Assembly (NCBI GenBank): GCA_963827655.1
Contig: CAWHCF010000021.1
Span: 34,128 to 98,127 of the forward strand
Length of the DNA stretch: 64,000 nt
Source: an uncultured Acidobacteriota bacterium
Lineage (GTDB): Bacteria > Acidobacteriota > UBA6911
Direction of reading: 5' to 3'
The position numbers were made by a program, and so were the translations under genes. Every line of letters begins with the position of its first letter. Position 1 is the first letter of the stretch. The notes under the pieces were generated by a model. That model ran no database searches, had not been told where the DNA came from, and saw only the letters and a program-made list of their open reading frames with translations. This document shows, piece after piece, positions 62,540 through 64,000 of this stretch.

Positions 62540-63463
62540 ATGAAGACACGAACTTCCATAGGCTATCTAGTCGGCATCATCATCGGATTCGGCCTCCTGG
62601 CCGGCACCCCCGTGTCTCAAGATAAGTCGCAATTTCCCTGCGCAGAGAAAGACATTCCTCATTACACGGCTTATCGCCTGAAGGAACCTATCAAGGTCGA
62701 CGGGGTTCTCGACGAACCCGGCTGGCGCTCGGCTCCGCGCTCGTCCCGCTTTGTCGACTTGATCAGTGGTCAGGCGACATTGTACGACACGAGAGCCGCT
62801 TTGCTCTGGGACGACAACCAGTTCTATGTCGGCTACTGGGTGGAAGAGCCGAACGTGACGGCGACCCTGACCGAGCGGGATTCTCCCATCTACAAGAACA
62901 ATGATGTTGAGCTTTTTATCGCCGGCAAGGACAGCTACTATGAGTTCGAAATCAATGCCTTCAACACCATCTACGAAGTGTTCTTCATTTGGGAAGAAAG
63001 CTACGAACAGGGTGGCTTCGCCGGTGTCCCGGAGTTTTCCCGCTCCAATCCGAAAGTCAGGCCGTTCAACGGAGTCGGTTTCAAAACACATCCTCGCGGA
63101 CGCCGCCTGGGCTCCTGGGCGTGGGACTTTCCGGGATTGCAAACTGCAGTTCACGTGAATGGCACTCTCAACCAGAGTGGGGACACAGACAGCGGTTGGA
63201 CGGTTGAGTTGGCGCTTCCCTGGCCGGGAATGAAATGGCTGGCTCGGGCAGATGGCCGGTCGCTGCCCCCCAAGAACGGCGACATCTGGCGTATGGATTT
63301 TTCGCGCTTCAATCAGTACAAGGCTCCCGCGCCTGCCAAAGACTCGGGCGGCTGGGTCTGGAGCCGGCACGGGATCTGGGACTCTCATATTCCTGAATGT
63401 TTCACTTATATTCACTTTTCAACCGAGGACGTCAGCGCGAGCCGGTCAAAGAGCAAACCCTGA
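62540..63463 (+). CDS. Carbohydrate-binding family 9-like secreted protein
   Basis: IKVDGVLDE..W, LWDD, DVELFI, YYEFEIN and WTVELALPW motifs, with a signal peptide. Confidence 0.85.
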   Translation: MKTRTSIGYLVGIIIGFGLLAGTPVSQDKSQFPCAEKDIPHYTAYRLKEPIKVDGVLDEPGWRSAPRSSRFVDLISGQATLYDTRAALLWDDNQFYVGYWVEEPNVTATLTERDSPIYKNNDVELFIAGKDSYYEFEINAFNTIYEVFFIWEESYEQGGFAGVPEFSRSNPKVRPFNGVGFKTHPRGRRLGSWAWDFPGLQTAVHVNGTLNQSGDTDSGWTVELALPWPGMKWLARADGRSLPPKNGDIWRMDFSRFNQYKAPAPAKDSGGWVWSRHGIWDSHIPECFTYIHFSTEDVSASRSKSKP

Positions 63464-63540
63464 GCGGAAGTCTCGCCGATCTGGAGGACTGACTGGTTTC
63501 GCGCAATGACGCGCCGGGGACACTCTGGCCGTTCGAATTC

Positions 63541-63850
63541 GTGACCACCCGCGTCACGGTGGCCCGTCACCTTGTTGTCCGAAACTTTGCAAGTTGGGGC
63601 AGGTTCAGCATGGCGGACAAAATCTTACATGCTCAAAAGCCAATTTTCTTGTCAGATCGAATATTTGCGGAACACAACCTGCTGTCGCAGCGCGAGGTTC
63701 TCAAGAGCCAGCTCCGAACGCAGCCTGAGGGCGGTCGGAATCAGACAGAGCAGTCGCAGAATCGTCAGCATCATGGCCAACGAGTGTCGGACTCAATGGT
63801 ACGTAAAGTCAACCCTATGAATGAGGCCGGGGTTTTTGCGATGGACAGGC
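63541..63850. mobile_element. Possible degenerate end fragments of an integrase-core IS-like element
   Basis: Two similar end-like motifs (gaatatttgcggaacacaa and gggtttttgcgatggacag) and no intact ORF. Recognition is from memory only. Confidence 0.25.
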
Positions 63851-64000
63851 GGATAGGCGGAACAAAGAGTCATTTTCGGAGGACACGGAAATCGTGGAGA
63901 AAAGCCTGATCAGAATTACTTTTTCTCCGGGGTTTTCTTATTTTTTCACAGCTTCTAGGTTACTCAACTCCCAACTCCCAATTCGGTAATAGCCTGTCGC

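Overview
GC-rich bacterial chromosomal segment. The gene content (DUF1592/DUF1552 pair, DUF1080, SBBP repeats, Oar-type TonB remnant, many Tat-signal enzymes) suggests an Acidobacteriota-like organism; this is inference. It holds two Mo-hydroxylase large-subunit/2Fe-2S pairs, a GH2-TIM/GT2 glycan cluster with an ABC exporter, ppc, rhaD-SDR, kdgK, gnd, two type II toxin-antitoxin pairs and many secreted hydrolases. About ten genes are broken or altered by single-base indels, mostly +1, which look like sequencing or assembly errors. I saw no rRNA, tRNA, CRISPR array or intact transposase. Four signals stand out. (1) A POTRA-less Omp85 barrel is followed by a signal-peptide-bearing protein with a full set of protein-kinase-like motifs. 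(2) A ~40-46 bp repeat family built from 9-mers occurs as hairpin doublets, brackets whole genes as inverted pairs and is the target of a MITE. (3) A hicBA module sits between perfect 41-bp direct repeats that duplicate the 5' end of the neighbouring gene. (4) Several gene remnants keep only their ends, including a TIR-globin remnant.
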